Source: Sporopachydermia quercuum
Lineage: Eukaryota
Assembly (NCBI GenBank): GCA_001599295.1
Contig: BCGN01000003.1
Span: forward strand, 1,674,001-1,738,000
Direction: 5' to 3'
Length of the DNA: 64,000 nt
This document shows positions 1 through 12,549 of this stretch, one piece after another (position 1 is the stretch's first letter; each line of letters starts with the position of its first letter). Both the position numbers and the translations under genes were made by a program. The notes below the pieces were generated by a model. The model was not told the origin of the DNA. It was given only the letters and a program-made list of their open reading frames with translations, and made no database searches.

Positions 1-1193
1 GCAGCTTTATTATAATTTTTATTAGTTTTAGCATCGGCCAGTTTTCCTGTTGATTCAGCTGTTGATTGAGTTGCAGTAGGACTGGCGTCCACAGTAGCAT
101 TACTATTGCTATTGCTATTGCTATCAGCATTACTACTATTATTACTGTTGTTATTGCTGTCAACGTTACTATAATCAGCTTTATTCATGTTACTGCTTTC
201 TCTTGGAGTTAAATTCTCGCGATCCCATATTTTTTTCTGCTCACGAATAAAAGATTCAGAGTTTCTCTTTTGATGCATTGATCGTCTGTTTCCACTTGGT
301 TTGCTTATCCTGTTGATCTTACCTGGTGGACTTGGAGGGTTACCAGTATTAGCTGTAGAGACATTACTACTGATATTACTGGTAGCTGTTGAATTGATCC
401 CAGTTGCACTTCCGCTTGATTCTTTCTTCGTCTTATTACTTTCATCATCGCTGGTATCTGATCTTGTCTCTTTAACGACAGAGTTCTTCTTTTTGGGCTC
501 CCAGACATGGAATTGCAGTGATGGGCTTTTAGGAGATTCAGGCGTTGATGTGGCTGTTGCTTCTGGAACAGTTGGGAATCGGAAGGAAGGTAAAGACTGC
601 GAATGAGAATAGGTAGGTGGTTGTGATGGATGATGTATGTGTGAGTCTGATAGTGAAGGAGAAAACATTTCTCTTGATTGAGCAGCTGCAGGAGCACCAG
701 GAGCAACAGGAGCAGGAGTAGCAAAAGCAATAGAGCCAGTGTTACCACTAGGATTAGAACTAGGATTGGGATTGGGATTAGAATGCGTTGTTATACTTAT
801 GGGGGTTCCTTGTGGAGTACCATATATTCTTGATGATTCATTTTCATATCTATAATTGCTGGCTATTTGATGCTGATTATGCTGACTAGGCTGGGGTTGA
901 TTATGTTGATGTCGCTGCTGTCTGGAAGCAGAATCCAATTCTGCACTTGCTTGTTGGTAAAAAGAAGGAATCTGAGTAGGTGGCACATTGTATTTTATGG
1001 CTTCACGCAATAAATCAAGCGAATGTTTCAATCGTTCCATTTTATAATATTCCTGTTTGCTCTTTTCTTGCTCAACTCTCAATCCAATGGCTAATTGTAG
1101 AGAATCTTCAGAATATGGCCATGTTTGAACTTCAGAACCTAATAGACTTGAAAGCAAAGGCTCTCTTTTAGGAGGCCAGGCGCTTCGATCCAT
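1..1193 (-). CDS. BOP3: Bop3-like protein, 3' end outside the window (absent from the ORF track because there is no stop in the window)
   Basis: Manual translation from ATG 1193 gives MDRSAWPPKREPLLSSLLGSEVQTWPYSEDSLQLAIGLRVEQEKSKQEYYKMERLKHSLDLLREAIKYNVPP. This resembles the recalled S. cerevisiae Bop3 N-terminus (W.FSE..L..A..L..EQEK.KQ.YYKLE). It is followed by low-complexity Q/P/S/N sequence and an LQFHVWEP motif. No stops in the segments checked (1-60 and 600-1193). Confidence 0.7.
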   Translation of the reverse strand, partial: MDRSAWPPKREPLLSSLLGSEVQTWPYSEDSLQLAIGLRVEQEKSKQEYYKMERLKHSLDLLREAIKYNVPPTQIPSFYQQASAELDSASRQQRHQHNQPQPSQHNQHQIASNYRYENESSRIYGTPQGTPISITTHSNPNPNPSSNPSGNTGSIAFATPAPVAPGAPAAAQSREMFSPSLSDSHIHHPSQPPTYSHSQSLPSFRFPTVPEATATSTPESPKSPSLQFHVWEPKKKNSVVKETRSDTSDDESNKTKKESSGSATGINSTATSNISSNVSTANTGNPPSPPGKINRISKPSGNRRSMHQKRNSESFIREQKKIWDRENLTPRESSNMNKADYSNVDSNNNSNNSSNADSNSNSNSNATVDASPTATQSTAESTGKLADAKTNKNYNKA

Positions 1194-1540
1194 TGTGGCT
1201 AATGCAATTTTAGATATTTTGAAGGTATTTGAAAATGGAAGTTACGATCCGATAGTTGATAGTATTCTAATAGGTAGTTGATCCTATCCTGAATACTATG
1301 AGCTATGAATGAGCTAGAAGATAAGAGATGTAATTTGAGATGCGATGTGAACAGCTGCTTGCAGTTTGAGGCTCAGAAATTCATGCAATTCAGGCAGTTG
1401 CAGTTGAATAATACAAATGGATGTGAAATGAATGCAAGCTTAGTAGCAAATGATAATAGCTGAATTATCTTGGTAGGCACTGCTGGATGATGCGTTTGGT
1501 TGATTCCTTTGCTAGGTTGCGTGTGGATCAACTATTTGCA

Positions 1541-1586
1541 TCAACTGGTCTAATCAACTGGTCTAATCAACTGGTCTAATCAACTG
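1541..1586. repeat. 13-bp tandem repeat (TCAACTGGTCTAA) x3.5 upstream of the BOP3-like gene
   Basis: Read directly from the sequence. Confidence 0.95.
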
Positions 1587-4500
1587 TTTCCTTTTTGCTT
1601 TTATCGAATATTCTCGTACTCTTGATCCTGTTGAATATTCATGCAATAAATAAATGAATTCAATCCAAGGAAGAACTGATAAGATAGAAGCTATTAGTAT
1701 TCCTGTATCCACAAGTAGAGTAGATCGCTTACTATTATCCCCAATATGAAACTCTTCACTCTTCACTATTCCTTTGAGGGTAAGATTCCAATTAAAAACG
1801 CCAAAATGAGACGAAACGAAAAATAACTAGTCTGTTAAAGACTATTTCGAAGCCGAAGAAAGAAATAAGAAAAACCCCTACAAAGGTATGAATGGTGAGA
1901 TGAGTGTGGGTTTATTAGATTCAAATCTAATAACGGAAGCCAATAGGATTTGAGATTCAAGCAAATGGAAAGCAAAATGAAAGAAAAGTAGGAATAGAGG
2001 AGAAAGCAGAAGGTAGAAAGAAAAAAAGAAAGAAACAGGGAACAAACAGGTGTAAGTATGGTGCAGGATGGAGAAGTAGTGATTTTGGTGTAGGAGCTGT
2101 AGTAGTAATTGACACAGAAAATATAAAACCTGGCTCAGATCAAAGAAAATAAGGCAAACAGAAGTACCAAGAAAAGGAAATTACGAAGAAATCAGCAAAG
2201 AAAGAAAGAAAAAGGGAATCATTGACTAGGCATAGTTAGGCCGTGTATTGACACACCTGTATTCTAGCAATATTATACTTATGGAGTAAAGTATGGAGAG
2301 CAAGCGATGAGTTTTTAGTAGTACAGTTTTTCAATATAGAAATGTATACATACTTAGCTAAGTCTCAGCTCCCTTTTTAACAAGGTATCGAAAGAGTAAG
2401 TTAGATCAATCGACTGTTGCCTGTTAAAGACCAGTGCATAAGATAACCAGAATAGGTGGGGATAGGGTTTGGGAGAGGACAGAAGATAACTATTTAGGTT
2501 AGAAAAATATGTAGAATCAAAGCAGTGAATTCAAATAAAAGGAAGGAATAAATATGATAGTTATAGCAAGAATTATCTGTAAGTAAAAGGTGAGATCAAC
2601 GACGAAGAAATGAGAATAGATCATTGTCAAACTGAGTAAGGTTGGAGGGTAAGGTTAGAGTTTACTCTAATGGAGAAAAAGACGTTGACACTTTAATTAA
2701 AGTTGGTTTGTTTCTTCTTCACAGAAGATCAACTACAATGAATACGATTGGAAAGTATTAGTACATATGAAAAAAATTACTAAAATAATTTGTTAATAAA
2801 AACACAGGCTTTTAACTAAATTCAAATAGGTTTTAAGGCAGGTTGATACAGAAACCGAGAAAAGAAAATAGCAAGTTGGATTATATAGCGATGTAATAGC
2901 AACATTCAAATTTTGAGCCAAACTCTAATTTCTCAACCTTATGGCTTTAGAGGAGTATTAGCTCAACTATTTCTTGCCACCTGTCTCTTCAAGGAGAATC
3001 AGAAAATTGGCTTCATGTACAACTTATTGCCGATTGATTGAAAATATATCCTTCGAATCATCATTATAAATAAATACTGTTCATTTTTGATTAGAGAAAC
3101 TTATAGTACAAAAAGCAGAGCCTTTTGATGAATAGACAAAGGGCTAGAAACTTTTTGTACCTATTGTGAACCTAAATATAACGTTCCAAAAGCTCATTAC
3201 CCCTTTTGAATCTTTCTTGCTAATCTTAATTTGGAACAGCAAACCTTTCCTGCGTACAGTTTCACTCATCTATTACTTTAGACAAACAATTGATTGTCTT
3301 TCCTTACAATGCTTGCTTCTATTACACTGAGACAATAATACTTAAATAAAGTATAAGATCAAAATTAAGAAAATAAAACAAAAGATGAAAATATTCCACA
3401 CAGTTATCCTTGATCTTAATAAATTTAATGTTCTATGTTTTCAATAAGGAGCTTTGACATACCACAAGACAATCCTTCCGGTGTTGATGAAGTTTTGATA
3501 TCAATGCTGCTATCTGCATATTAAAGTACCCGAACTAATGGTATCAATTAATAAAGGCGTTCTATTAGATATTCTATATTCCTGTTTCTCGATAACCAAG
3601 GAACACAACGCTTGCTTCTTATGGAACTCATTCTCATATCACTGAATAAGTTTTCTCTCGATCAAGTGGAAGATCCATTGCTCATTCGCTTTACGTGATT
3701 GATTCGTACTGTTTGCATTGTAGTTTGCTTCATACTGCAAAATGCAGTGGTGATTAGTTCAGATCAAATCAGAACATCTTTGCATAAGATCATACATAAG
3801 CTTTTAGTATTATGGCTAGCAATAATTATGGTCAGTAGACACATTTTACACGACAGACCCATGTGAGTCAGCCGCTAAAGTTATCAATTGCTGTCTTGGT
3901 TGAGAGTATTTGAGAAGGATTGGCAGAACTCCAGTAATTAATTGACTGCCTAGTTATGCAAGTCAATTTAATAGATTGAGATAAAATAAGAATAAATAGG
4001 AACACTGAAAGGCAGATCATGAATATGTAGTTAGTATTGTCGCTGACTCTAATTATGAAACAGGGTACGTATTTACAGGTATTTGCTATATTGACTAAAG
4101 TAGTTCGAGATTTTCACTATGATTTCATATTGTATTACTGCTTGCTATATTGCAACAATAAATAATAACAAACTGATTTCGAACTGAAATGATCCACAAG
4201 ATATAACTAGAAATATAGCTGGAAATGAAAATAATTAATGAATAAAAAGAATACGGTATATATTCAATTATACAGAAAAATGAAGGCACATGAAATGCAA
4301 TTTAGTAGTGTACTAATCCGGTAGCAATGTTTGTTTGTTCTTTTTGCGCAATCGCAATAAACTTAATACAAAAATAGTCAACTGGGAAGTAAGACACAAT
4401 CTCAACACTACGTCTATGGAGTTTTGACTCCAGGTTTGCATACTACAGAGAAATGACAGATAATTAAGAAGAAAAAAATTTATTGATTTGAATTGGTTGA

Positions 4501-6616
4501 GCGAAACTGAATTTAAAATCAAGAAATGGCTCAATGTCTGTGCTCTTCCAATCAAAAGTTTCAATCAAAATTAACTGTTTGATTGAAGTATTATATAATC
4601 ATGTTGTGTAAATTTTTAGTGAATAGTAAGGTACACTGAAACTCTACTCTAAGTAGTCTATTCTTTCCGTATAACAAACGCTTCACTTGAAAAGCAATCG
4701 CATCGCATTATTGCATTATGGCATTACGATTTCTTGGAGCTTTCCATCAAATGCTAGTTATTCAGCGTCTTTTTTAAGCATCAAATGCTTAAACCTAGTA
4801 ATTTAATCACAGTTAACTTCTGCTAGATATCTAATAACTCCAATGAATACAGAAGTGCGCTCCGGTTACAGGTCAGGTCATTTCAATCACTAGTTATGAG
4901 CGTTCATTACGTCTAAAACTCGTCTTATCTCATCTGCATTTCATCTCATCAAGGAACATCGTCATCCATCTACCTAAACTGCAAGCTATGCATAGCATGC
5001 ATTGTACAGGTACGTTCTCAAGAATAGTAGTATGATTGTTACGTTGAACTAACAATCTGCTATGGATTTGAATTATTGGGAAGAATCAAATAATTCAATA
5101 CCAATATTTTATTTATAACAAATGGATTATTTCTATTTCAGCTTCTAGTTATTAGCATAGTAATAGTGTCAGTGATAGTCATCGTAGGAGCTAGCAGCAG
5201 CTAAGTAGTAGCAGAGAATGTATTGATGTGCGTTAGGTATTTATTCAAAGATCAACTATCCGTTAAAATCTCTAACTGAATAAAATGATTGTTCATAAAT
5301 AATTCATTTAATTCAAAAAACGACATGAAAGTCTGAATCCTTTCATGCTTCACAACTATTATCATTTTGATATAACAGATAGAATTAACAATTGAATTGC
5401 CTCATGAATGGTTCTCACTTCGATGGATTTCAAACTAACTCGCAGTATTTTTCTCCTGTGTTTGTTACTCTTTTTTCTTTCTTTTTCAGCTTTCTTTTAC
5501 GTCTTTGAGGAGTAAATTCAACCCGTTAAAATAGTGAAATTCATGCTTCTTTCTTACTATTTAAAGGTTTTTTGCTTACACGTAGCTAAGACATCTCTGG
5601 CAGATACTTAATGGTGTGATGATAGACAGCAATTGGAAACAGTTTTCTGTAGGCCTTGAGGTAATATCAATGAGAATAAGCATAAGAATAAGTACAAGCA
5701 TAAGATGTGAGTATTGTACTGACACCTGAAAGCAATCTCAAGAAGTATTATGGCTAACAAATGATATGCTTAAATTCATAGCCTCCGTATGTTATCATAC
5801 TACGTAATTACAAGAATTAATTGAAATAACTAACTGGTACCCTACACGTAGCTTGTTACGTTCCCGACAAGTCTAGTATTTCAGAAAGCTTAAACTCAGT
5901 TCAATCGTATATTTCAATTGTGTAGTTGAATTAAGTAGTTGGAATTGCAATTTGGAAGCTTTCGTAGTTCAGCAATACGCTACAGATACTTTAGAATCCA
6001 TACAAATCTTTCTTAGCTGCTATGCAGATTATGCAGATTGTGTTATTGTAGATTTTATTTGATTATAGTATGCCTTCTTGAAAGAGATCAAATATAAATA
6101 AGAGTAGCTTTCAATACATTTGTTGATGTTGATATGTTCACAGATACCGCATGGGCCCACCAAGGCGCAATACAATGAGATTTTATTGACAGTTCTCAGG
6201 CTTTCATCCAATTAAAGGAAATCCATTATCCTAAAGCAAACATCGACTGTTTTTTCTGGTTCATCCCAAGCGCCATATGAATTGCTCTCCTCAATAAGAC
6301 TTGTTTCAGGATTCCTTTCTTCCTTTCTTCCTTCCTTCCTTCCTTCCTTGAACATACGGGAATATCTCATATATAACTTACTTATTATTCAAAAAGAAAG
6401 CAAACTATAGAATACAACGTAACCAAAAAACAATACACCAATCTACACGAACAAAACAAAACAAAAATGCGGTAAAGCAACAAAAAGAAAAGAGAAGAAA
6501 TAGATATTGAGAGAAAGAAAATCAAACCAATGAATCGACCTTTGTTTTCACAGATTGAGCTTCAGCTTCATATTCACTTCTATTTCCATAGCGTTTCCGC
6601 TCAACTCTTAACTAAA

Positions 6617-7996
6617 TTAATACAACACAATCTTAGCTTTTCCCTTAGTCACACCAACAGTACAACCGTTAGAGCCACCATTATAAACACCGTTTTCATA
6701 CTTGCATTCACCCGACACAACTGAATCGTCATCAGCAGCGACGATCTTTACATTGAAGTTGGCTGAGTCATAGTTGTTAGGATTAGGAATAAGAGAGATG
6801 TAAGAAATACCATTGGCATATCCAGCACCGAAATTTAATGGAGCCCAGTTACCGACTCCGCTACCAGCAGTACCCCAGATACAACCGTCTTCCATAGAAA
6901 CGCCGGCGTCGTTGACGTAGTATTGAGCACTTGTTGGCATACCTTGCCATTCGTAGTAAGAACCTTGGTCAACGACACATAATGGTTCAGAAGCACCACC
7001 ATTAACAATGGTAGGAATGACCATATTTTCAGTACCGGGGTAGTCAGTTCTACAGATGGATACAACGTCTGATAACTCAGAAACGACTTCAACTGAGTCA
7101 ATTCCCCATTCACAGAGATAATTAGATCTATCGTTGGATTTATAAAGCTTACCGTTCTTACAAAGCAAGCCACCAACAGACACACCATTGGAGGGTTGGT
7201 CAAGAGGCCATTGAGTCTTAGACATACCAGTTTGACAGGCATAAGAGCAATAAGCACCTTCGGTACAGGAACCACCAGTAGAAGTATCAGAATGGTAAAT
7301 ACCAGACCATCCACCGAATCCAAGCCAGTCCAAAGGAATGACACCTTGTCCAATGGGGAATTGGTCGCAAGAGTAAACACCGTCCTGGAATTCTTCATAG
7401 GGACCAGAGTATGGAGATAAATCACCATCAATAGAACCGCCCCCACTGTATGTAGGAGCGGTAGTTGTTTCTTCTTCTTCTGATGAGGTGGTAGAAGGTT
7501 CTTCGGAACTGGTAGTAGAAGGTTCTTCATACGACGAAGATGATGAAGAAGGTTCAACATATTCACTAGTGGTTGGTGGTGCTGATGAGGTCTCGGGTTC
7601 TAGTACACTACTACTTGTTTCCTCAATGCTCGAAGTGGACTCAATGATGGATTCGGTGCTTGTAGTGGAAACTTCTTCGGAGGAAGTAGATACTTCAACT
7701 TCAGTGCTGCTAGGTGTAGGTTCTGGTTCTGTTTCTGGTTCTGGAGTTGAAGATGAAGCTGGGACAACAATGGTTGTGGAAACAACGTAGTCAGATCCGT
7801 AGTAAGTATTGCCATCACCGTCAACAGTGACAGTCACATAAACGTATTCGTAGGCAACAGCTCTCTTGTGGAGATGATGAGCGTGTTGGAGAGCTCTAGG
7901 TCCTTTTGCGAAATCGTCCTTGGCTTCAGGATGAGCGTGACCAAAAACTGAGGTAGCCAATATACTGGCACCTAAAAGTGTACTCAAAAGTTTCAT
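6617..7996 (-). CDS. SIM1: SUN-family secreted beta-glucosidase/glucanase (Sim1/Sun4/Sun41 type)
   Basis: Signal peptide, His-rich propeptide ending [10 protein letters not shown] as in Sim1, S/T/E-rich linker, and SUN domain ([49 protein letters not shown]). Lies next to KGD1, as SIM1 does in S. cerevisiae. Confidence 0.93.
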   Translation of the reverse strand: MKLLSTLLGASILATSVFGHAHPEAKDDFAKGPRALQHAHHLHKRAVAYEYVYVTVTVDGDGNTYYGSDYVVSTTIVVPASSSTPEPETEPEPTPSSTEVEVSTSSEEVSTTSTESIIESTSSIEETSSSVLEPETSSAPPTTSEYVEPSSSSSSYEEPSTTSSEEPSTTSSEEEETTTAPTYSGGGSIDGDLSPYSGPYEEFQDGVYSCDQFPIGQGVIPLDWLGFGGWSGIYHSDTSTGGSCTEGAYCSYACQTGMSKTQWPLDQPSNGVSVGGLLCKNGKLYKSNDRSNYLCEWGIDSVEVVSELSDVVSICRTDYPGTENMVIPTIVNGGASEPLCVVDQGSYYEWQGMPTSAQYYVNDAGVSMEDGCIWGTAGSGVGNWAPLNFGAGYANGISYISLIPNPNNYDSANFNVKIVAADDDSVVSGECKYENGVYNGGSNGCTVGVTKGKAKIVLY

Positions 7997-8353
7997 TTCT
8001 ATAATATAATGGTTAGTTAATCTTTCGTTCTACCGATCCATAATATTTGATGCCTTGAGGTAACGTGTGCGCTATGCAACTAATGATAATTATATGCCTG
8101 AAATAATGTAAGGAAAGTAATTCGATGATATTCAAGAGATAATAAATCAAAAGCACAGCTTATTGCAATGAACATCAATTCGAACTAATAGTTCAATAAT
8201 TGAGTGCTGTGAAAGAGACTCATTTTCTCAGACCCAAAAAGCAATGTACAATAATAACACTTTCAAACCATACTATAAAAAATTCCACCCGACTGAGACA
8301 ATTGTAGCTGCGCATATTTATGATTTGATTTGTTTGGTTATTAGCATAATCCA

Positions 8354-8522
8354 GTAAACACTGTTATGGATCAATCTCTAGAAATCACCACGACGCGTCT
8401 CATTTCCTTGGTAACCAAGTATAATACTATTCACGTCAAAGGGAGCTAATATCCAAACGCGTAAACAAAATAGTGCTAAACCAAATCTAAATCACATGCA
8501 CTATGAAGGTACACCCATACAT
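8354..8522. promoter_or_regulatory. Cluster of candidate TF sites 360-530 bp upstream of SIM1: forkhead GTAAACA (8354, 8461), MCB ACGCGT (8393, 8457), Rap1-consensus ACACCCATACAT (8511)
   Basis: Exact matches to yeast consensus motifs. Function is inferred, not shown. Confidence 0.55.
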
Positions 8523-11500
8523 ATTATATGCCTAATCCCAATGCATCGATCTGCCAAACTTTAAAGTTTTGCTTTCGTGGGTTGGTACGGTGTTCGGGTG
8601 GTTGGTTCCCAAAAAGGGCGTTGTGTTGATACGAATCAAATCGTCCTAACAACCACATCAAACGAACACAAAACAACGTGACGAAAAGATCAAGTGTTTG
8701 GGGCAGAGGGAACAGATAGGATGTTGATGAGAGTGGCATTGCCATTGACAATAAATTCTACCACTTAGTCGTAGATATGATGTGAAAGACGGCTGATATT
8801 AAAAAATAAGTTTTGACTGTTGCTGTAACAATAATTTAGTTGTGGTAGCTTAAGTGCGAAAAATTTGTAGCAGTGTAGTTTGCAACAATTGTGTTTCAAG
8901 AATATATTTACATGGGATTATGAACATGAAACAAAGCTGTAAGATAGTTTTAAAGTGTTGTATCAAATTGACAGTTCAGGATCAGGCTAACCGTCTAGAT
9001 GTTTTATCAACATTTTCTCTCTCAATCATTCAACGGCATAAAATAATATCAAATATACTTGCAAACCTCACGGGGACTCACACATTCAGATCAAACATCT
9101 AAATTAACAAATACATACCTAATATGACTCTCTCGTAGACAATAATATAACGTTCTTTAAACTAATGAATATTTGCTGTAAATACTTGTTGGATATCCAA
9201 ATATATCGCGATATTCTCTCTGAGATAGTTCAATGCTTGATTTAAAGGAATGACAGGCTTGATTTCAAGGCCGGAGAGCAAATGAACTGGTTTCGTGAGA
9301 ATACTTATTCTTGTTGTAATAGAGATATTAATCAATCCTATATTCAATCATAGAATACATCATAAATGTAGAGAAAACCTTGGTGGGAAGGAAGAAAGAA
9401 GAAAGAAAATCAACTATTCTGATACAGACAATTCAACTACTGGAAGTAGAGAGGCTCGGAGAATGATATGGCCCCCTTCCATGGGTTGATCCTTCCCTTC
9501 CTCAAAACTTGTCTCGATAGTGGGCAAATTTCTTAATAATACATCTGTGACAGTGACAGAAGGAATAATTTCTTTGAACTTTGGGGGAAATAAATGGTTT
9601 CACCTGAGCTAACTCTCAGTTAGCTGAACTTTATTGGTTTTACCTACTTTATTTGGTACTTTGTAGCTTAAAATGATGGTTAAATAAAAAAAGTTGGAGT
9701 TTCAGTCCAACGTTAGAGCAGTTTCAAGGTAGGTTGGCAGCCCAATTCGATTATTCTTAGTACGTTTGTGGGTATAAGGTTAGATTTCTGCTGGTTAGCT
9801 GGGCAGAAGAAAGCAACAACCTTAATTATATTTACAAGCTAGGACAATCTTTACCTATTTGAGGTATAACAAGCCTCTAATTTGATTCGATGAAATCTGG
9901 AGAAGATTTACCGAGTATTTATTATAATGAACAATGAACAAAGATATCGATTCGTTATGATGATTCATTCTGATGATTAAATAATGATAAGTTAACTCCA
10001 GTTAGATTAAACGAAATGGAATTTTAACTCATACTCTGTCATAGGTTTAATTCAACTAGCGAGTTGGAGTGCTATGCAGAATACATGATTGAATCTAATT
10101 GATCAGAAGTGATTATATTACTATTGCCCCAGGGGTGGTAGGTAGGTCGAAAGGCCATAGTTTTAGTAGAAGGACAATCGAAGATAATTCTCTATTGATT
10201 TCCTAATGATTCCGTATTAATTTCACGTCAATCTTTTCCTGTCGTTTCTTATCAATTCAGACGGGCTTGTCATTTAGTGAAAGACCGAAGAACGACTCTT
10301 AGCAGGCAAACGCTTCCTAGCACACTTGCTTGGACGCCTTCTTAGTTATTAAGAACAGAAGAAAGAGTATTCTTAATAAATCACAGCAAGCAAACAACAA
10401 CTAATATTTCTTTTTTTGTTAACTATACTTATTCTATTCTGCTTTTCAATTTCTTGATCTTCTCACCCTTCTAGTCGTAAGCTCTGTCAAGATTCAAATA
10501 AAACTAATCAAAACTAATCAACTTTTGGTGATAACAAGGCAGAACAGCCAAGATGACTCCGTAATTCCATAAATTACAATGAATAATTCATTTACTGATA
10601 AGGCTGGTTATAACGATGTTTCACTGATAATACCGAATTTCGCCCAAAGCACTGATTCCCCAGCTAAAATCTCATATTTGTAGGCATTAAGCCCCAGGTC
10701 ACTGTGAACTGTTTCCTAATTCTGTTCATTTCAGGTTTGTCTTGTTTCATGTTTGAAAGATGACAATTAGGAGTAGCAGACAGGTAAAAGCAACGCTGCA
10801 GTTGATTTTTTGAACAATGTGGACGTTGCGTGGTAGCTGCTAGCGGTTAAGCAGTCCGACTGCTTGAAATGATGAACTACTGCAGCTATCATATCTTTGA
10901 TGTTATAATAGTAGAGCTAGTAATAGGTAATAAATTAATGAATTATGGCTGTTTTAGCATTCTTATTATTAGCAGCATAGCAGCTGGCAGGAGGTAACAA
11001 TGCTATTGTTAGATTGAAGAAAAAAAGAGAAATAAAAAAAAAAAAAAAAAAAAAACCATAAGCTTCAATTCTTGATTCCTTGATGTTTCTGCAGCACGAA
11101 TTGGCAATGCTGATAGAAAATGCTGAAACAACACTAAATATTAACTGGTAGTTGCTTCTCGTAAATCAATTAAATACATGTTTTATACACTAATATAAGA
11201 TTAATATAACATACGCTAACAAGAAAGTCTTATAGCTGTTTACTATCCTAATACAATAGTGTTCGTTGATATTGCTTAGATAAAATACCCAACTAACGGG
11301 AATCCTATGATTTGACATAATCTATGCTCAATTCTATCTTTTTTAAAGTTACCGGCCTATTAGGATTAATAATAACTGAGGAATTTCACAATGTTCATCG
11401 AATCAGAAAGAATATAGCAAATGCCATCAAATAGTATCTAACATGTGGNTACTTGCAGTATGCTTTTACCTCCATCTAAGCTAGGAAACCTACTTGGATG

Positions 11501-12549
11501 GACTCATTAGATGAAGTTGCAATTGATTTGAATATAGCTTGAAGAATCAGTTATTTCGGATAACTATTAATCCGTTATTCCCCGGGCAGGCAATCTCTCG
11601 TTTTCTTTAGCATGTAATCATCTAGTTAAGGTAATGTTCAGAGCATTATCTACATATGCTTCCTTTCTTCAATTTAAACATCTTCCATGTCTACCTATAC
11701 TTACCTAGATTTACCTACGTCTCCCTAAATTATCCATTTATCCATCATCTAGTTATCTAAGTTATAAGATAGATACCTATTTCTGCATCTTTATTCATCA
11801 TAGCCAACTGTTACCGTAGTCTGCTCTAACAACGAATTCCAAGTTGAGAACGAAGTTACCTCGTAGCGGTCGCTGCAGATATTTGAATGGTTGGTTATGT
11901 TTCAGCACAAGTAAGCCTGAACACAGTTGGAATATGATGCTTTGCTTTGTATTGGTATAATATCAAGCAATCAAATCTGCTTTGCTTTGGCTGGTTCGCG
12001 CAACATCATCACCTAATGATTTGAAGGCAGACTCCAAATTTCTTATTTCTCTTTCTCTTTCCTCCCAATCTGCTTCTAACCTTACTACTCTACTCCCAGC
12101 ATTTCTTGACAGTTCTTTTCCTTTTGCTCTTCCAGCGCATTTGGCAGTCATTGCAAGACGAACACGACAATATAACTACTTCGGATATCTCGAACAGTTT
12201 TGTAGACGGTGATGAGACAAGATGAAAAATTTCTACAATACCAGAAAAGTTACCATCCCTCAGTCACACATACAGGCTTGCTGCGATTGAGCCCTAAGTA
12301 TAGTATCCCTCTGGGGCATTTCTTCTGCTTACACCTACCATATTCCATTTCCATTTCCATTTCCTTTTCCTTTTCATCTACAGAACATAGCATAATACAA
12401 CAACTAAATAAATAATAAATAATAAATAAATAAATAACTACTAACTACTCCCTGGATCCTAATATTAGAGCTAATACTAATATTAATGCTAGTACTAACT
12501 ACTAACAGCTAACTCAAGTCTGTTCAACTCTTCAACACTTCTCAATTCT

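Noticed and set aside
305..748. 147-aa and 101-aa ORFs at the window start
   Set aside because: Alternative frames of the BOP3-like CDS (ATG 1193).
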